Assembly: GCA_963804555.1 (NCBI GenBank)
Contig: CAWDQX010000008.1
Span: 9,813-73,812, forward strand
Reading direction: 5' to 3'
From: an uncultured Solirubrobacterales bacterium
GTDB lineage: Bacteria > Actinomycetota > Thermoleophilia > Solirubrobacterales > Solirubrobacteraceae
Length of the DNA stretch: 64,000 nt
The notes below the pieces were generated by a model. The model did no database searches and was not told the DNA's origin. It worked only from the letters and a program-made list of their open reading frames with translations. The first letter of the stretch is position 1. Each line of letters begins with the position of its first letter. Shown here piece after piece: positions 1-10,516 of the stretch. A program made the position numbers and the translations under genes.

Positions 1-555
1 TTGGAGACGATCGCCAGCGGGAACAGGACGACGAGGCCGACCCCCTGCGCGGACTCGGGGCTCTTGCTCACCATGCCGAGGCAGGCGCAGCCCCACGACA
101 GGGCGTAGCTGAACAGCAGGAAGATCGCGAAGCCGGCGGCGATCGACGCCACCCCGGCGTCTGGTCGCCAGCCGATCAAAAGGCCGGTCGCGGCGACGAA
201 GGCGGCGCAGATCGCGGCGGTCATCACGTCGGCGAGCGAGCGCCCGACGAGCACGGCCGGCCGCCACATCGGCAGCGTTCTGAAGCGGTCGATCACGCCG
301 CTGCCCAGGTCGCTGCTCAGCCCGACCGCGGTTCCCATCGCCGAGGTCGTGAGGTTCATCCCGAGCAGGCCGGCGATCGCGAAGTCCTTGTAGCTGCCGC
401 CGCCGGGCAGCACGACCCCGGCGCCGAACACGTAGACGAACAGCAACGTGAACAGCACCGGCTGGACGGTGACGTCCGAGAGCTGCAGCGGCTCGCGTTT
501 GATGTGCAGCGAGGTTGCGCCCGGTGAGCACGGCGACGTCGCGGAGCTTGCTCAT
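1..555 (-). CDS. ABC-2 type transporter permease (DrrB-like), runs off the left edge, one frameshift near 510
   Basis: Manual translation: MSKLRDVAVLTGRNL..HIKREPLQLSDVTVQPVLFTLLFVYVFG...GVIDRFRTLPMWRPAVLVGR; ATG overlaps the stop of the ATPase gene (ATGA). Confidence 0.85.
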   Translation of the reverse strand, partial: MSKLRDVAVLTGRNLAAHQTRAAAALGRHRPAGAVHVAVRLRVRRRGRAARRRQLQGLRDRRPARDEPHDLGDGNRGRAEQRPGQRRDRPLQNAADVAAGRARRALARRRDDRRDLRRLRRRDRPFDRLATRRRGGVDRRRLRDLPAVQLRPVVGLRLPRHGEQEPRVRAGGRPRRPVPAGDRLQ

Positions 556-1505
556 GCTGCCGCCTCCTCGGTTGGGTGGCCCGTGAGGGCGAAGAACACG
601 TCGTCGAGCGAGGGCTGGTGGACCTCCACGTCATCGACGCTGATCCCCGCCTCATCGAGCACGCGCACGACCGTGCTCGCCAGTCCGGCGGCACTGCGCA
701 CCGGCGCGCGCAGGCGGCGCCCGTCGTGGCTGACGTGCACGGGTCCGGCGATGAACGGCTCGAGCGCGCTGGCGGCGGCGGGGTGGGCCTCGCTGAGCGT
801 GAGCTCCAGGCGCGCCCCGCCGACCTTCCGCTTCAGCTCGGCCGCGGTGCCGCCGGCGATCACCCGGCCGTGGTCGATCACCACGATCTTGTCGGCGAGC
901 TCGTCGGCCTCGTCGAGGTACTGGGTGGTGAGCAGCAGCGTCACGCCGTCGGCGACGAGCCCGCGGATCACCTCCCACATCCGCACCCTGCTCGTCGGAT
1001 CCAGGCCCGTCGTCGGCTCGTCGAGGAACAGCACCGGCGGGCGCGTCAGGAGGCCGGCGGCGAGGTCCAGGCGCCGGCGCATCCCGCCCGAGTACTCCTT
1101 GAGGATCCGCTCGGTCGCGTCGGTGAGCTCGAACTGGTCGAGCAGCGTGGTCGCTCTGGCCTTCGCCTCGGCGCGCCGCAGGCCGCTCAGGCGCCCGACC
1201 ATCACGAGGTTCTCGCGGCCGGTCAGGACCTCGTCGAGCGTGGCGTCTTGGGCCGTGACGCCGATCTTGCGCTGCACGGCGGCCGCTTCGCTGAGCACGT
1301 CGTGGCCCGCGACTCGCGCCGAGCCGCCGTCTGGAATGCAGAGCGTGGTCAGGATGCGGACCGCGGTGGTCTTGCCCGCGCCGTTCGGCCCGAGCACGCC
1401 GAGAATCGCGCCCGCCGGCACCTCCAGGTCGATCCCGTCCAAGGCGACGGTCGGGCCGAATCGCTTGCGCAGGCCATGGGCCTCGATCATCAAATCGTGT
1501 GTCAT
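552..1505 (-). CDS. ABC transporter ATP-binding protein (DrrA family)
   Basis: Walker A GPNGAGKT, signature YSGGMRRR, Walker B LFLDEPTTGLDP. Confidence 0.95.
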   Translation of the reverse strand: MTHDLMIEAHGLRKRFGPTVALDGIDLEVPAGAILGVLGPNGAGKTTAVRILTTLCIPDGGSARVAGHDVLSEAAAVQRKIGVTAQDATLDEVLTGRENLVMVGRLSGLRRAEAKARATTLLDQFELTDATERILKEYSGGMRRRLDLAAGLLTRPPVLFLDEPTTGLDPTSRVRMWEVIRGLVADGVTLLLTTQYLDEADELADKIVVIDHGRVIAGGTAAELKRKVGGARLELTLSEAHPAAASALEPFIAGPVHVSHDGRRLRAPVRSAAGLASTVVRVLDEAGISVDDVEVHQPSLDDVFFALTGHPTEEAAA

Positions 1506-1552
1506 AGGGACTCCTAAAAGGGACGCTAAAAAGGATCTGCTTACAAGAAAGA

Positions 1553-1614
1553 CTTACTTACCGGTCGGTAAGTAAGGAGAGCATATACACATCACTTACC
1601 GATCGTCAAGTAAG
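1553..1614. promoter_or_regulatory. Two probable TetR operators in the divergent promoter
   Basis: Perfect inverted repeat CTTACTTACCG-gt-CGGTAAGTAAG (1553-1576) and a degenerate copy ACTTACCG-at-CGTCAAGTAAG (1594-1614) between divergent ABC and tetR genes. Confidence 0.75.
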
Positions 1615-1617
1615 CTA

Positions 1618-2255
1618 ATGTTGTGGCACGCGCGGAGCGGACGACCAGAACAACCCGATCGACCCAAGCAACGCGGCTCCGCGACACGCGAGCGCATCCT
1701 CGACATCGCGCTCGAGCTGTTCAACGAGAAGGGCTACGAGAACACCTCGATTCGCGAGATCGCCGAGCGGCTGGGTACCACAAAGGCGGCCCTCTACTAC
1801 TACTTCGCGCGCAAGCAGGACATCCTTTTAGAGCTCCATTTACGACTCCATGCGCTGGGCCGAGGAGGCCTTCGATCGACTGGGGGGCTGGAGGATGGAG
1901 ATGAGCTGGTGGCGCCTGGCTAGCGCTCCTCGACCACTTCATCGATCAGGTCATCGACAATCCCGAGCTGTTCCTCTTCCACCAGCGAAACCATCGCGCG
2001 CTCGAGCAGATCCAGGACGACGAGCGCCACCAGGCTGAAAACGAGGACCTCGAGCAGCAGATGCGCGGCCTGCTTCAGAGCCCTGAGATCCCACTCGCCC
2101 AGCGGGTACGGATGGCCTGCTCGGCCGGCGCGGTCATCGTGATGCTGCTGGGCGGCGGCGAGATGTTCGGCGACGTGCCGGCCAACGAGCTGGCCGAGCT
2201 GGTCCGCGCCGCCGCCCACGACCTGCTGCGCCCGCAGGCCACCGCAAACGGGTGA
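1618..2255 (+). CDS. TetR/AcrR family regulator (frameshifted in this assembly)
   Basis: HTH: [41 protein letters not shown]; C-terminal helices continue in other frames to the TGA at 2255. Confidence 0.85.
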
Positions 2256-2305
2256 CGCGCCGCCGCCCACGACCTCCTGCGCCACAGGCCACCGCTGACC
2301 GGTGA
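2205..2305 (+). repeat. Tandem duplication (~50 bp) of the tetR 3' end including its stop codon
   Basis: CGCGCCGCCGCCCACGACCT(G/C)CTGCGCC..CAGGCCACCGC...GGTGA at 2205-2255 and 2256-2305. Confidence 0.8.
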
Positions 2306-2556
2306 GACAGACCTGAACCACAGCAGGCAAGAAGTGGACGTGACGGGTGTGCTCAACAAGCTGTTCCATCCCCGGCCATCGGGGAGTGTCCGACGTCACG
2401 GAGGCGTATCGCACCGCCGGCATCTGGATCGAGCCTCACCTGGAGGCCAATCGCCGCAAGATCGCCGGGCTCTCAGACTGCCTGGCCGCGAGTTGCGCGA
2501 TGCTCGCCGTCGAGGTCATCCTCTGGACCCTCAGCCTCATTGGCTAAGCTGCAATC

Positions 2557-2694
2557 GTGGCAACCAAGGCTCCCCAGACCACTCCGACGCAGGCCCCGCC
2601 GAAGCCTCGGCCACCAGCGCAACTCCCAGCGACCGCGCCGCCCGGCTTCGCCATCCCCGAGAAACGTGGTGGCCTACTAGGCGGCAAGAGCTAG
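2557..2694 (+). CDS. Possible small Pro-rich protein (45 aa)
   Basis: GTG-started ORF VATKAPQTTPTQAPPKPRPPAQLPATAPPGFAIPEKRGGLLGGKS, preceded by a TAAGCT -10-like hexamer; follows a C-terminal membrane-protein fragment ending at 2547. Confidence 0.35.
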   Translation: MATKAPQTTPTQAPPKPRPPAQLPATAPPGFAIPEKRGGLLGGKS

Positions 2695-2940
2695 GCTCAC
2701 TGCTCGTCTGCCCGCGATCGACATGAAGCTCCCGTACGAGCGGGACATCGTTGACATGGTCCAGGCGGTTCAGGAGGGCGGCGAACGGCGGCGTGCGATC
2801 TCGTCGGATACCGCCGGTTAGGCGCGAACGCCCCAACAAGACGGACCCGACAACGCACCTGGCTACTGTAGTTACCGACCCCTGACGCAGCCCCCTTTCG
2901 CCACCGCAGCCGGCCCCCGCAGCAGCCGGCCACCGCACGC

Positions 2941-4400
2941 ATGACCTCGACGACCACCGACCCCGACCGCACCCATCCGAACCTGATCCTCGCCGTGCTC
3001 GCGCTCGGCGGGCTGGCCTACGCGATGCTCAGCTCGGCGGTGCTGCCGGCGCTGCCGACCTTCCAGCACGCCCTGCACGCGAGCGTCACCGGGGTCACCT
3101 GGCTGCTCACCGCCTACCTGCTCGCCGCCTCGGTCGGCACCGCGATCCTCGGCCGCCTCGGCGACATGTACGGCAAGGAGAAGATCCTCCTCTGGACGCT
3201 CGTGATCCTCGCGGCGGGCACGCTGATCTCCGCCCTGTCGAGCTCGCTGGCGGTGATCGTCGTCGGTCGCTTCATCCAGGGCGCCGCCGGCGGGATCTTC
3301 CCGCTCGCGTTCGGGATCGTCCGCGACGAGTTCCCGCGCGAGAAGGTGGCTGGCAGCATCGGCCTGCTCTCGGCGATCCTCGGCGCCGGCGGCGGCGTGG
3401 GGATCGTGCTCGCGGGCTTGATCATCGAGCACCTGAATTACCACTGGCTCTTTTGGCTCCCCCTGATCCCGACCGTCTTCGCCGCGCTCGCGACGTGGCG
3501 CTTCATCCCGGAGTCTCCGGTGAAGCTGCCCGGGCGCGTGAACTGGCTCGCCGCGGCGCTGATGACCGACCGGCATGTCGATCGTGTTGATTGCGATCAG
3601 CAGACGACGACGTGGGGCTGGGGATCGGCGAAGACGCTTGGGCTGATCGCCGTCGGCCTCGCCGTCTCTGTGGCCTGGATCGCGGTCGAGGTCCGCAGCA
3701 AGCAACCCGCTGGTCGACATGACGATGATGCGGATCCGCGGCGTATGGACGACCAACGCCTCCGCGTTCCTGCTCGGCGCCGGGATGTACGCGTCGTTCA
3801 TCGTCATTCCCCAGATCGCCCAGCTGCCGAAGAGCACCGGCTTCGGTTTTGGCGCCTCGGTCGTCACATCGGGCCTGTACCTGCTGCCGACGACGATCGG
3901 GATGACGATCCTCGGCCTCTACGCCGGGCAGCATCTCTGCCCGCTTCGGCTCGCGCAGCGCGCTGCTGGCGGGCACCGCGTTCAGCACCGCATCGTTTGC
4001 GCTGCTCGCGCTCGCGCACAGCCATCCCTACGACCTGCTGATCGCCGCCGGGCTACTCGGAATCGGCGTCGGCCTCGCCTTCGCGGCGCTCGGCAACCTG
4101 ATCGTGCAGGCGGTCTCGCCCCATCAGACCGGCGTGGCAAGCGGCATGAACACCGTCATGCGCACGCTCGGCGGGGCGCTCGGCGGCCAGCTCTCGGCCA
4201 CGTTCATCGCCGCCCACACCATCCGCGGCGAGCCTGCGGTCACCGGCTTCACCGAGACCTTCCTGATGGCCACCGGCTTCCTGCTCGTCTGCCTGCTCGC
4301 CGGGGTGCTCGTGCCGAAGACGGGGGCCGAACCAGCGTCCCAGGCTCCGCAGGGCGATACGACGGTCGCAGCCCCCGCGCCGGAGGGCGCGCAAGCCTAG
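2941..4400 (+). CDS. MFS transporter (DHA2-like, frameshifted)
   Basis: MFS motif A GRLGDMYGKE, many TM helices, C-terminal part QTGVASGMNTVMRTLGGALG; split over three frames. Confidence 0.88.
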
Positions 4401-4574
4401 AGGCAACCACGGCGCAAGCGCTAAACATCTGCAAGCGCCTACCTGGGGAAGCTCCCGCCCACCTGGGAAGGATCACGCTGGGGGCGGAGTCTTCTCTTGC
4501 AGCCCAGGCAGAAGCCCGGGCGGGTATACCGCGCTCTGCGCTGGTAGCACCGCGAAAAACCACGGAGGATTCAA

Positions 4575-6134
4575 GTGAACAGACGATTGATCCTGGCAAC
4601 CCCGATCGCCGTGTTGGCACTCGCCGGATGCGGCAGCTCCAGCAGCACCAGCAGCTCGTCCAGCACCAACTCCGCGGCGAGCGCCACCACGCCTGCGCAA
4701 TCGCCACCGAGCCCTGGCCCGTTCCTGGCCAAGTTCACCAGCGTCAGCAACCTCGCCTCGACCGTCCCCGCCAACGGCGATGTGAATCCGTACGGCATCG
4801 TGTTGGTTCCCACCAGCGTGGGCAAGCTCCAGGCGGGCCAGTTGCTGATCAGCAACTTCAACGCCAAGGAAAGCGCAAAGGAGAACGGTCAGGGCACCGG
4901 CACGACGATCGTGCAGGTCTCGAGGACCGGGAAGGTCTCGCCGTTTGCGAGCATCGATGCCAAGACGCTCCCCGGCCCATGCCCAGGCGGCGTCGGGCTG
5001 ACGACGGCGCTGAACATCCTGCCGGGCGGCTACGTCGTCGTCGGCAGCCTGCCAACGACGAACGGCAAGTCTCAGACCGCGAAGTACGGCTGCCTGATCG
5101 TGCTCGACAGCGAAGGTAAGGCGGTCGAGACGATCGCCGGCAAGAACATCCAGGGTCCCTGGGACTCGACCGCTGAGAGCGAAGGCTCCAAGACCACGCT
5201 GTTCGTCAGCAACGCGCTCAATGGCGGTGCCGCGAAGGGCGTCCACACGATCAACAACTCGACCGTGCTGCGGATCGAACTGGAATCCGGCGAACACCAG
5301 ACGCCGAAGGTGCTTGGCGAAACGGTGATCGCCAACGGCATACCTTGGATTGATTCAGCGGAAGCCCTCGTGCTCGGCCCGACCGGACTCGCACTCGCCT
5401 CCGACGGGACGCTGTATGTAGCCTCGACCGAGGACAGCAAGATCCTGGCTGTCTCCGAAGCGACGACGCGCACGACCCCCGTAACGAAAGGCGGCACCGT
5501 CCTCACCGAAGGCGGCCATTTGAAGGAACCGCTGGGGATGGTGCTCGCGCCTAACGGCAACATCATCACGAGCAACGGTGGTGATGGCAACATGGTCGAA
5601 ATCACACCCGCCGGCCAGCAGGTAGCCGTGCAGACCGCCGACAAGAAGACCGGAGCAGGGTCGCTGTTCGGCTTGGTCGTGGCCCCGGAAAGCAAGGGCA
5701 TCTACTTCGTGGATGACGGCGAAAACACGCTGAACCTGCTGCACGAAGGCCAGCCGGCGTCCGCCGGTACGTCCAGCTCCACTGAATCCTCGCCCCAGCC
5801 GGCTCCGAGCTCGACGAAGGCGGCCGCATCAGCGCCGGCTAGTACGGCGGAAAGCCTGAGCCTCGAAGCAAACGCCGAAGGCCAGCTCAAATACAACACC
5901 AAATCGCTGACCGCCAAGGCCGGCAAGGTCTCGATCGACTTCACCAATATGGCGCCAGAGGAACACAACGTCACGGTCGAATCCGCTTCCGGTGAAAAGG
6001 TGGGAGCGACGCCGACCTTTCAGGGCGGCTCAAAGACCCTCAGCTTGAACCTGAAGCCAGGAACCTACAAGTTCTTCTGCTCGGTGCCAGGACATCGCAT
6101 GGCCGGAATGGAAGGCACCCTCACCGTCAAGTAA
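4575..6134 (+). CDS. Lipoprotein with beta-propeller-like domain and C-terminal cupredoxin (plastocyanin/azurin-like) domain
   Basis: Lipobox LAGC; repeated P-x-G-[IL]-[AV]...DG/NG blade motifs; C-terminal type-1 Cu ligands HN...C-SVPG-H-RMAG-M. Confidence 0.75.
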   Translation: MNRRLILATPIAVLALAGCGSSSSTSSSSSTNSAASATTPAQSPPSPGPFLAKFTSVSNLASTVPANGDVNPYGIVLVPTSVGKLQAGQLLISNFNAKESAKENGQGTGTTIVQVSRTGKVSPFASIDAKTLPGPCPGGVGLTTALNILPGGYVVVGSLPTTNGKSQTAKYGCLIVLDSEGKAVETIAGKNIQGPWDSTAESEGSKTTLFVSNALNGGAAKGVHTINNSTVLRIELESGEHQTPKVLGETVIANGIPWIDSAEALVLGPTGLALASDGTLYVASTEDSKILAVSEATTRTTPVTKGGTVLTEGGHLKEPLGMVLAPNGNIITSNGGDGNMVEITPAGQQVAVQTADKKTGAGSLFGLVVAPESKGIYFVDDGENTLNLLHEGQPASAGTSSSTESSPQPAPSSTKAAASAPASTAESLSLEANAEGQLKYNTKSLTAKAGKVSIDFTNMAPEEHNVTVESASGEKVGATPTFQGGSKTLSLNLKPGTYKFFCSVPGHRMAGMEGTLTVK

Positions 6135-6169
6135 CAGACGCTGGAACCTCCGGGTCCGCGGGATCGTCG

Positions 6170-6643
6170 CTACTTGACCGCGCCTCCGGAGGCGTTGATC
6201 GCGTACCACGTGCCGCCGAACTGCTTTACGCCAACGTAGGAGGTCTTCCCTGGACCGCTGTCGCCGCTGTAGGTGTAGAGCGGGTGACCGGCGTAAGTGA
6301 CCTGGTGGCCACTGGTCGAGGACAAAAGCGTTGCCTCGACGCCCGAGCCGGCCGTCGGGCGACCGCTTGCCTTCAGCGACGGCCATATTTCCGAGCACCC
6401 GCTGATCGCCGCGCAGCTGTTCTTGTTGGCCTGATCCCTCGTGAACTCGTACAGCGTGCGGCCCGAGCTGCTGACGAGGATGTTGCCGAGACTCGTACGG
6501 CGCAGCTGCACTGTCGCGGCGCGGCTCGAGCGCGCGGCCGGAAGGCTCGTCTGTGCGCTGGCGACCGTCGCGGCGCTCGCCGCGCTTGCCAAGGCGACGG
6601 CCAAGAAAATGTAGGTTCGCTTCATGTGGGTTCGCTTCATCAT
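6170..6643 (-). CDS. Secreted protein with Yx(FWY)xxD repeats (COG4315-like)
   Basis: Signal peptide; GRTLYEFTRD...C...C...WP and QVTYAGHPLYTYSGD...GGTWY motifs; RBS GGAGG. Confidence 0.8.
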   Translation of the reverse strand: MMKRTHMKRTYIFLAVALASAASAATVASAQTSLPAARSSRAATVQLRRTSLGNILVSSSGRTLYEFTRDQANKNSCAAISGCSEIWPSLKASGRPTAGSGVEATLLSSTSGHQVTYAGHPLYTYSGDSGPGKTSYVGVKQFGGTWYAINASGGAVK

Positions 6644-6780
6644 TCCTCCCCATGTCGGGATGCTCGTGCGCGTGACTGTCATCTCTCCCTATAGACACCG
6701 CCATGCCGCGAACCTTCCCGAGCATCGGCGTGCCTGTCTCCTCCTCGCCGTAGTCAGGCCGGTGGTCGTGGGTGAGCCGC

Positions 6781-7473
6781 TCAGGTGTTGATCAGCCCGC
6801 GCTCCAGCGCATAGCCCACGAGCTCCGCGCGGGAAGTGAGCCTGAGCTTCTGCTGGATATGTGAGCGGTGCGTCTCAACGGTGCGAACCGACAGGAACAG
6901 CTGCTCGGCGATCTCGGCGTTGGTGTGCCCGAGCGCGATCAGCCGCAGCACGTCGACCTCGCGCTCGGAGAGGTCGTCCGGCGGCCCCGGCGGCGGCTCG
7001 GAGGCGATGCGGGCACCCAGTTTGGGGTTCAGGTAGCTCTCTCCAGCCGCGGCAAGCCGCACCGCTTGCACGAGCTCGTCGTCGGCCGCCTCCTTCAGCA
7101 CGTAGCCGAGCGCCCCGGCGCGCAGCGCCTCGCGGGCGAACGCGGGCTCCTGCTGCATCGTCAGCACGACGATCTCTGTGTCGGGTGACTCCTCGCGGAT
7201 CGCTGGGATCGCCTCGAGACTCGAGCCACCGGGCATGTTGAGGTCGAGCACGAGCACCTTGGGGTGGTGGCCGCGCACGTAGCGCCGCGCGTCTTCGATG
7301 TTGCTCGCCTCGGCGACGACCTCGAACTCGCTCTCGCTGTCGAGCAGCATCCGCAGTCCGCTGCGCACGACCGCGTGATCGTCGGCGAGGACGAGCCGGA
7401 TGGGGTCAGCCGCGCCGCTCGCCGCGCCGCTCGCGCCCTCGGGCGCTACTTCGTCAGGGTCGGCCATTCCCAT
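6781..7473 (-). CDS. NarL/LuxR family response regulator
   Basis: REC domain (LADDHAVVR..VLDLNMPG..GYVLK) plus LuxR HTH (LSEREVDVLRLIALGHTNAEIA..SVRTVETHR). Confidence 0.93.
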   Translation of the reverse strand: MGMADPDEVAPEGASGAASGAADPIRLVLADDHAVVRSGLRMLLDSESEFEVVAEASNIEDARRYVRGHHPKVLVLDLNMPGGSSLEAIPAIREESPDTEIVVLTMQQEPAFAREALRAGALGYVLKEAADDELVQAVRLAAAGESYLNPKLGARIASEPPPGPPDDLSEREVDVLRLIALGHTNAEIAEQLFLSVRTVETHRSHIQQKLRLTSRAELVGYALERGLINT

Positions 7474-7524
7474 CACGCTACCGGCCCGCAGGTCAACACG
7501 AGCAGTGCGAGTGAGAGCAGTGGA

Positions 7525-7561
7525 TAGAAAGCCGCAACAGAAAACGCGCAAAGCCCCGATG
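7525..7561. promoter_or_regulatory. 37-bp conserved intergenic element, copy 1
   Basis: TAGAAAGCCGCAACAGAAAACGCGCAAAGCCCCGATG; 34/37 identical to 8740-8776. Confidence 0.6.
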
Positions 7562-7642
7562 ACAAATGCGCGGGGCCAAATCTATATTGATCGGGTAGCA
7601 CCACATTCAACCGGAGCAACCGGAGCAACCGGAGCAACCAAA

Positions 7643-8677
7643 ATGGCAACAGCCGATGGCGCGGGCCTCTACTTCAGCCACCCGGCCTGCCTGGAACACG
7701 ATCCTCGCGTATACATGCCGGAGCATCCGGACACGCCGGAGCGCCTGCAGGCGATCGAGCATGCACTCGCCGCATGCGACTGGCTGGACTGGGAGCGACG
7801 CGCAGCTCCGCCAGCAGCGGAGAGCCAGCTGGAGCTGATCCACAGCGCAAGCCACGTCCACAAGATCAAGGAGCTGGCGCTGGCCGGTGGCGGCGCGATC
7901 GACCCGGACACGTTCGTCGGGGAGCCGACCTATCGCGCCGCGCTGCACGCTGCCGGCGGCGCCTGTGAGATGGCTCGCGCCTTGATGGCCCACGAGGCAA
8001 GGCTCGGTTTCTGCGAGGTACGGCCCTCCGGACACCACGCCGAACCGGATCGCGCCATGGGGTTCTGCCTCTTCAACAACGTCGCGATCGCGGCCGAGTT
8101 CGCGATTGCAGAGCTGGGCGCCAAGCGGGTCTTCATCCTCGACTGGGACGTTCACCACGGCAATGGCACCGCCGAGGCGTTTCGTCGCCGCTCCGATGTC
8201 CTGTTCGCGAGCATCCACCAATCAGGGATCTATCCCGGCACAGGTCTGATGAGCGATCTGGGGTCTGGTCCTGGAGAGGGCTACACGATCAACCTTCCCG
8301 TCCCTGCGGGCTCCGAGGAGTTCCTGTGGCTGTCGCTGATCGAGCACATCGTGCTCCCCGTCGCTCAGGAGTTCGAGCCCGATCTCGTGCTGATCTCAGC
8401 TGGCTTTGACGCTCATCGCGATGACCCACTCGCGGGCTGCAGCCTGGACGCGGCATCTTTTGCGGAGATGGCCCGACACGTTCGTGCCCTCGCCGAAGGA
8501 CTCGACGTGCCGCTTGGAGCCGTCCTCGAGGGCGGCTACGAACCGGCCGCCCTGGCCGAGTGCGTGCGGGAGACACTCAATGCGCTCAGCTCGGATGAGC
8601 CGCCGCGATCCGCGGCGCCAGAGCCGCTACTTACCTCGCGGGCCGCCTCCTACGTCGGCCACTATTGGTCACTGTGA
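7643..8677 (+). CDS. Histone deacetylase family (AcuC/AphA-like) amidohydrolase
   Basis: HPDTPERL, RPSGHHA, GFCLFNN, DWDVHHGNGT, SAGFDAH, LEGGY motifs. Confidence 0.93.
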   Translation: MATADGAGLYFSHPACLEHDPRVYMPEHPDTPERLQAIEHALAACDWLDWERRAAPPAAESQLELIHSASHVHKIKELALAGGGAIDPDTFVGEPTYRAALHAAGGACEMARALMAHEARLGFCEVRPSGHHAEPDRAMGFCLFNNVAIAAEFAIAELGAKRVFILDWDVHHGNGTAEAFRRRSDVLFASIHQSGIYPGTGLMSDLGSGPGEGYTINLPVPAGSEEFLWLSLIEHIVLPVAQEFEPDLVLISAGFDAHRDDPLAGCSLDAASFAEMARHVRALAEGLDVPLGAVLEGGYEPAALAECVRETLNALSSDEPPRSAAPEPLLTSRAASYVGHYWSL

Positions 8678-8739
8678 GGAGGGCTTCGGGCCGGAAGGTC
8701 TCGCAGCCACGGGTCAGCCGCCGCTTTCGCTGCGATGAG

Positions 8740-8776
8740 TAGAAAGCCGCAACAGAAACCGCACAAAGCCCTGATG
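8740..8776. promoter_or_regulatory. 37-bp conserved intergenic element, copy 2
   Basis: TAGAAAGCCGCAACAGAAACCGCACAAAGCCCTGATG upstream of the membrane protein/ADH operon. Confidence 0.6.
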
Positions 8777-8847
8777 GTGGACACACTGGTGGACCGAGCT
8801 TATGGTCCTGATCGATGTAAGCACCAACTCGACAGGAGGGAATCGAC

Positions 8848-9398
8848 ATGGCGACAGTCGCCTCGACACATCCAGGAACACATCCGGTACAAGCCGCACT
8901 CGTGAGGGAACGCAATTACTCATATCGCCGACCGCGTCAGCTACTGGCTCGTCAGCGCGAGTATCTATTTCACGTTCGGACTGTTGTTCTTCTTCTCCGC
9001 CAAGGAGAAGCTGATCGATAACAGCGGGACGATGCCGGCTCGGTCTGGCCAAGACGTTCCAAGGCACGTTCGTCGCCTCGTTCCCCGGAACGAACACCTC
9101 CTGGGTGCTGATCGGCCTACTCGAGGCGCTCGTGTTCGTGGTGATCGCGGCCAGCGTTCTCACGGGCGAGTTCCTGCCCACCCGCCGCAAGCCGATCCTG
9201 CTCAGCGGCCTGGCGCTTTCGATGTTCACCTTCGCGATGATCGCGTGGGGTGAGAATCTCACCGGCGGATTCGCGACCGTCTCCGAGCTCTTTGAGTACC
9301 TCGTCGGAACCGCTGTGCTGATCGTGCTGGTCCTGCTGATGCCGCCCTACCGCAAGACCCAGTGGCTATCAGGACTACTACGCAGCGAGCAGGAGTAA
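8848..9398 (+). CDS. Integral membrane protein (DoxX-like, frameshifted)
   Basis: RBS GGAGG + ATG at 8848; hydrophobic segments (LIGLLEALVFVVIAASVLTGEF; ALSMFTFAMIAWG) spread over frames. Confidence 0.55.
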
Positions 9399-9400
9399 TC

Positions 9401-10516
9401 ATGAAGGCTCTCGTTTACCACGGTCCCGGCCAGCGCGGCTGGGACACCGTGGCCGACCCCACGATCGTCGATCCGACCGACATCGTCGTGCGGATCGACA
9501 CCTCGACGATCTGTGGCTCAGACCTGCACATCCTCAAGGGCGATGTGCCCGAGACGACCCCTGGCACGGTGCTCGGCCACGAGGCGGTCGGCACCGTGCA
9601 GGAGATCGGGCTCGAGCGTGAGCACGGTGGCCGTCGGGCGACCGGGTGCTGATGTCGTGCGTCAGCGTCCTGCGGGCGCTGTCGCTACTGCAAGGAAGCT
9701 CGCTACGGGCAGTGCTCGGCGGCGGTGGCTGGATCTTCGGCCATCTGATCGACGGGCTGCAGGCGGAGTATGCGCGCGTTCCGTTCGCCGATAACTCCGT
9801 CTACAAGATCCCCGAGCAGCTCTCAGACGAGCAGGTTCTGTTCCTCGCCGACATCCTCCCGACCTCCTTCGAGGTTGGTGTGCTCAACGGCAAGGTCACA
9901 CCCGGCGATGTCGTGGCAATCGTCGGCGCTGGGCCGATCGGACTCGCGGCGATTCTCACCGCAAGTCTCTATACGCCTGGACGGATCGTCTCGATCGACC
10001 TGACCGACAGTCGGCTGGAAAGCGCCAAGCGGTTCGGCGCCGACACGACGATCAACAACGGGCGCGAGAACGCGGTCGCGCGGATCATGGAGCTCACCGA
10101 CGGCCTCGGCGCCGATGTCGCGTTGGAGGCGGTGGGCGTGCCGGACACGTTCGAGCTGGCGACCGAGCTGATCCGCCCGGGTGGACGCGTGGCAAACATC
10201 GGCGTGCATGGCAAGCCCGCGACGCTGCATCTGGAGAAGCTGTGGACCCGTGACGTCACGATCACGACGGGGCTGGTCGACACCAACAGCGATTCCCCAG
10301 CTGATGAGGCTGGTCGCCAGCGGTCGCCTGGACCCGTCGCTGTTTGCCACCCATCGCTTGCCCCTGAGCGACACGATGGCCGCCTACGACACGTTCGCCG
10401 ACGCCGCCAACACCGGCGCCCTGAAGATCGTGCTCGAGGGTGGCGAGAGCAACTCGCCACCGCGCGACGAGTGGCTCCGTCGTCGGGGCGAGCCGTCGGC
10501 CGGCATGATGCCATGA
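9401..10516 (+). CDS. Zinc-dependent alcohol dehydrogenase (frameshifted)
   Basis: MKALVYHGPG, ICGSDLH, GHEAVG, ADILPT, GAGPIG. Confidence 0.9.

Noticed and set aside
448-1575. Long antisense/shadow ORFs (e.g. 448-1575, 37888-39006, 44936-46657)
   Set aside because: Expected in high-GC DNA; they overlap well-supported genes and carry no motifs
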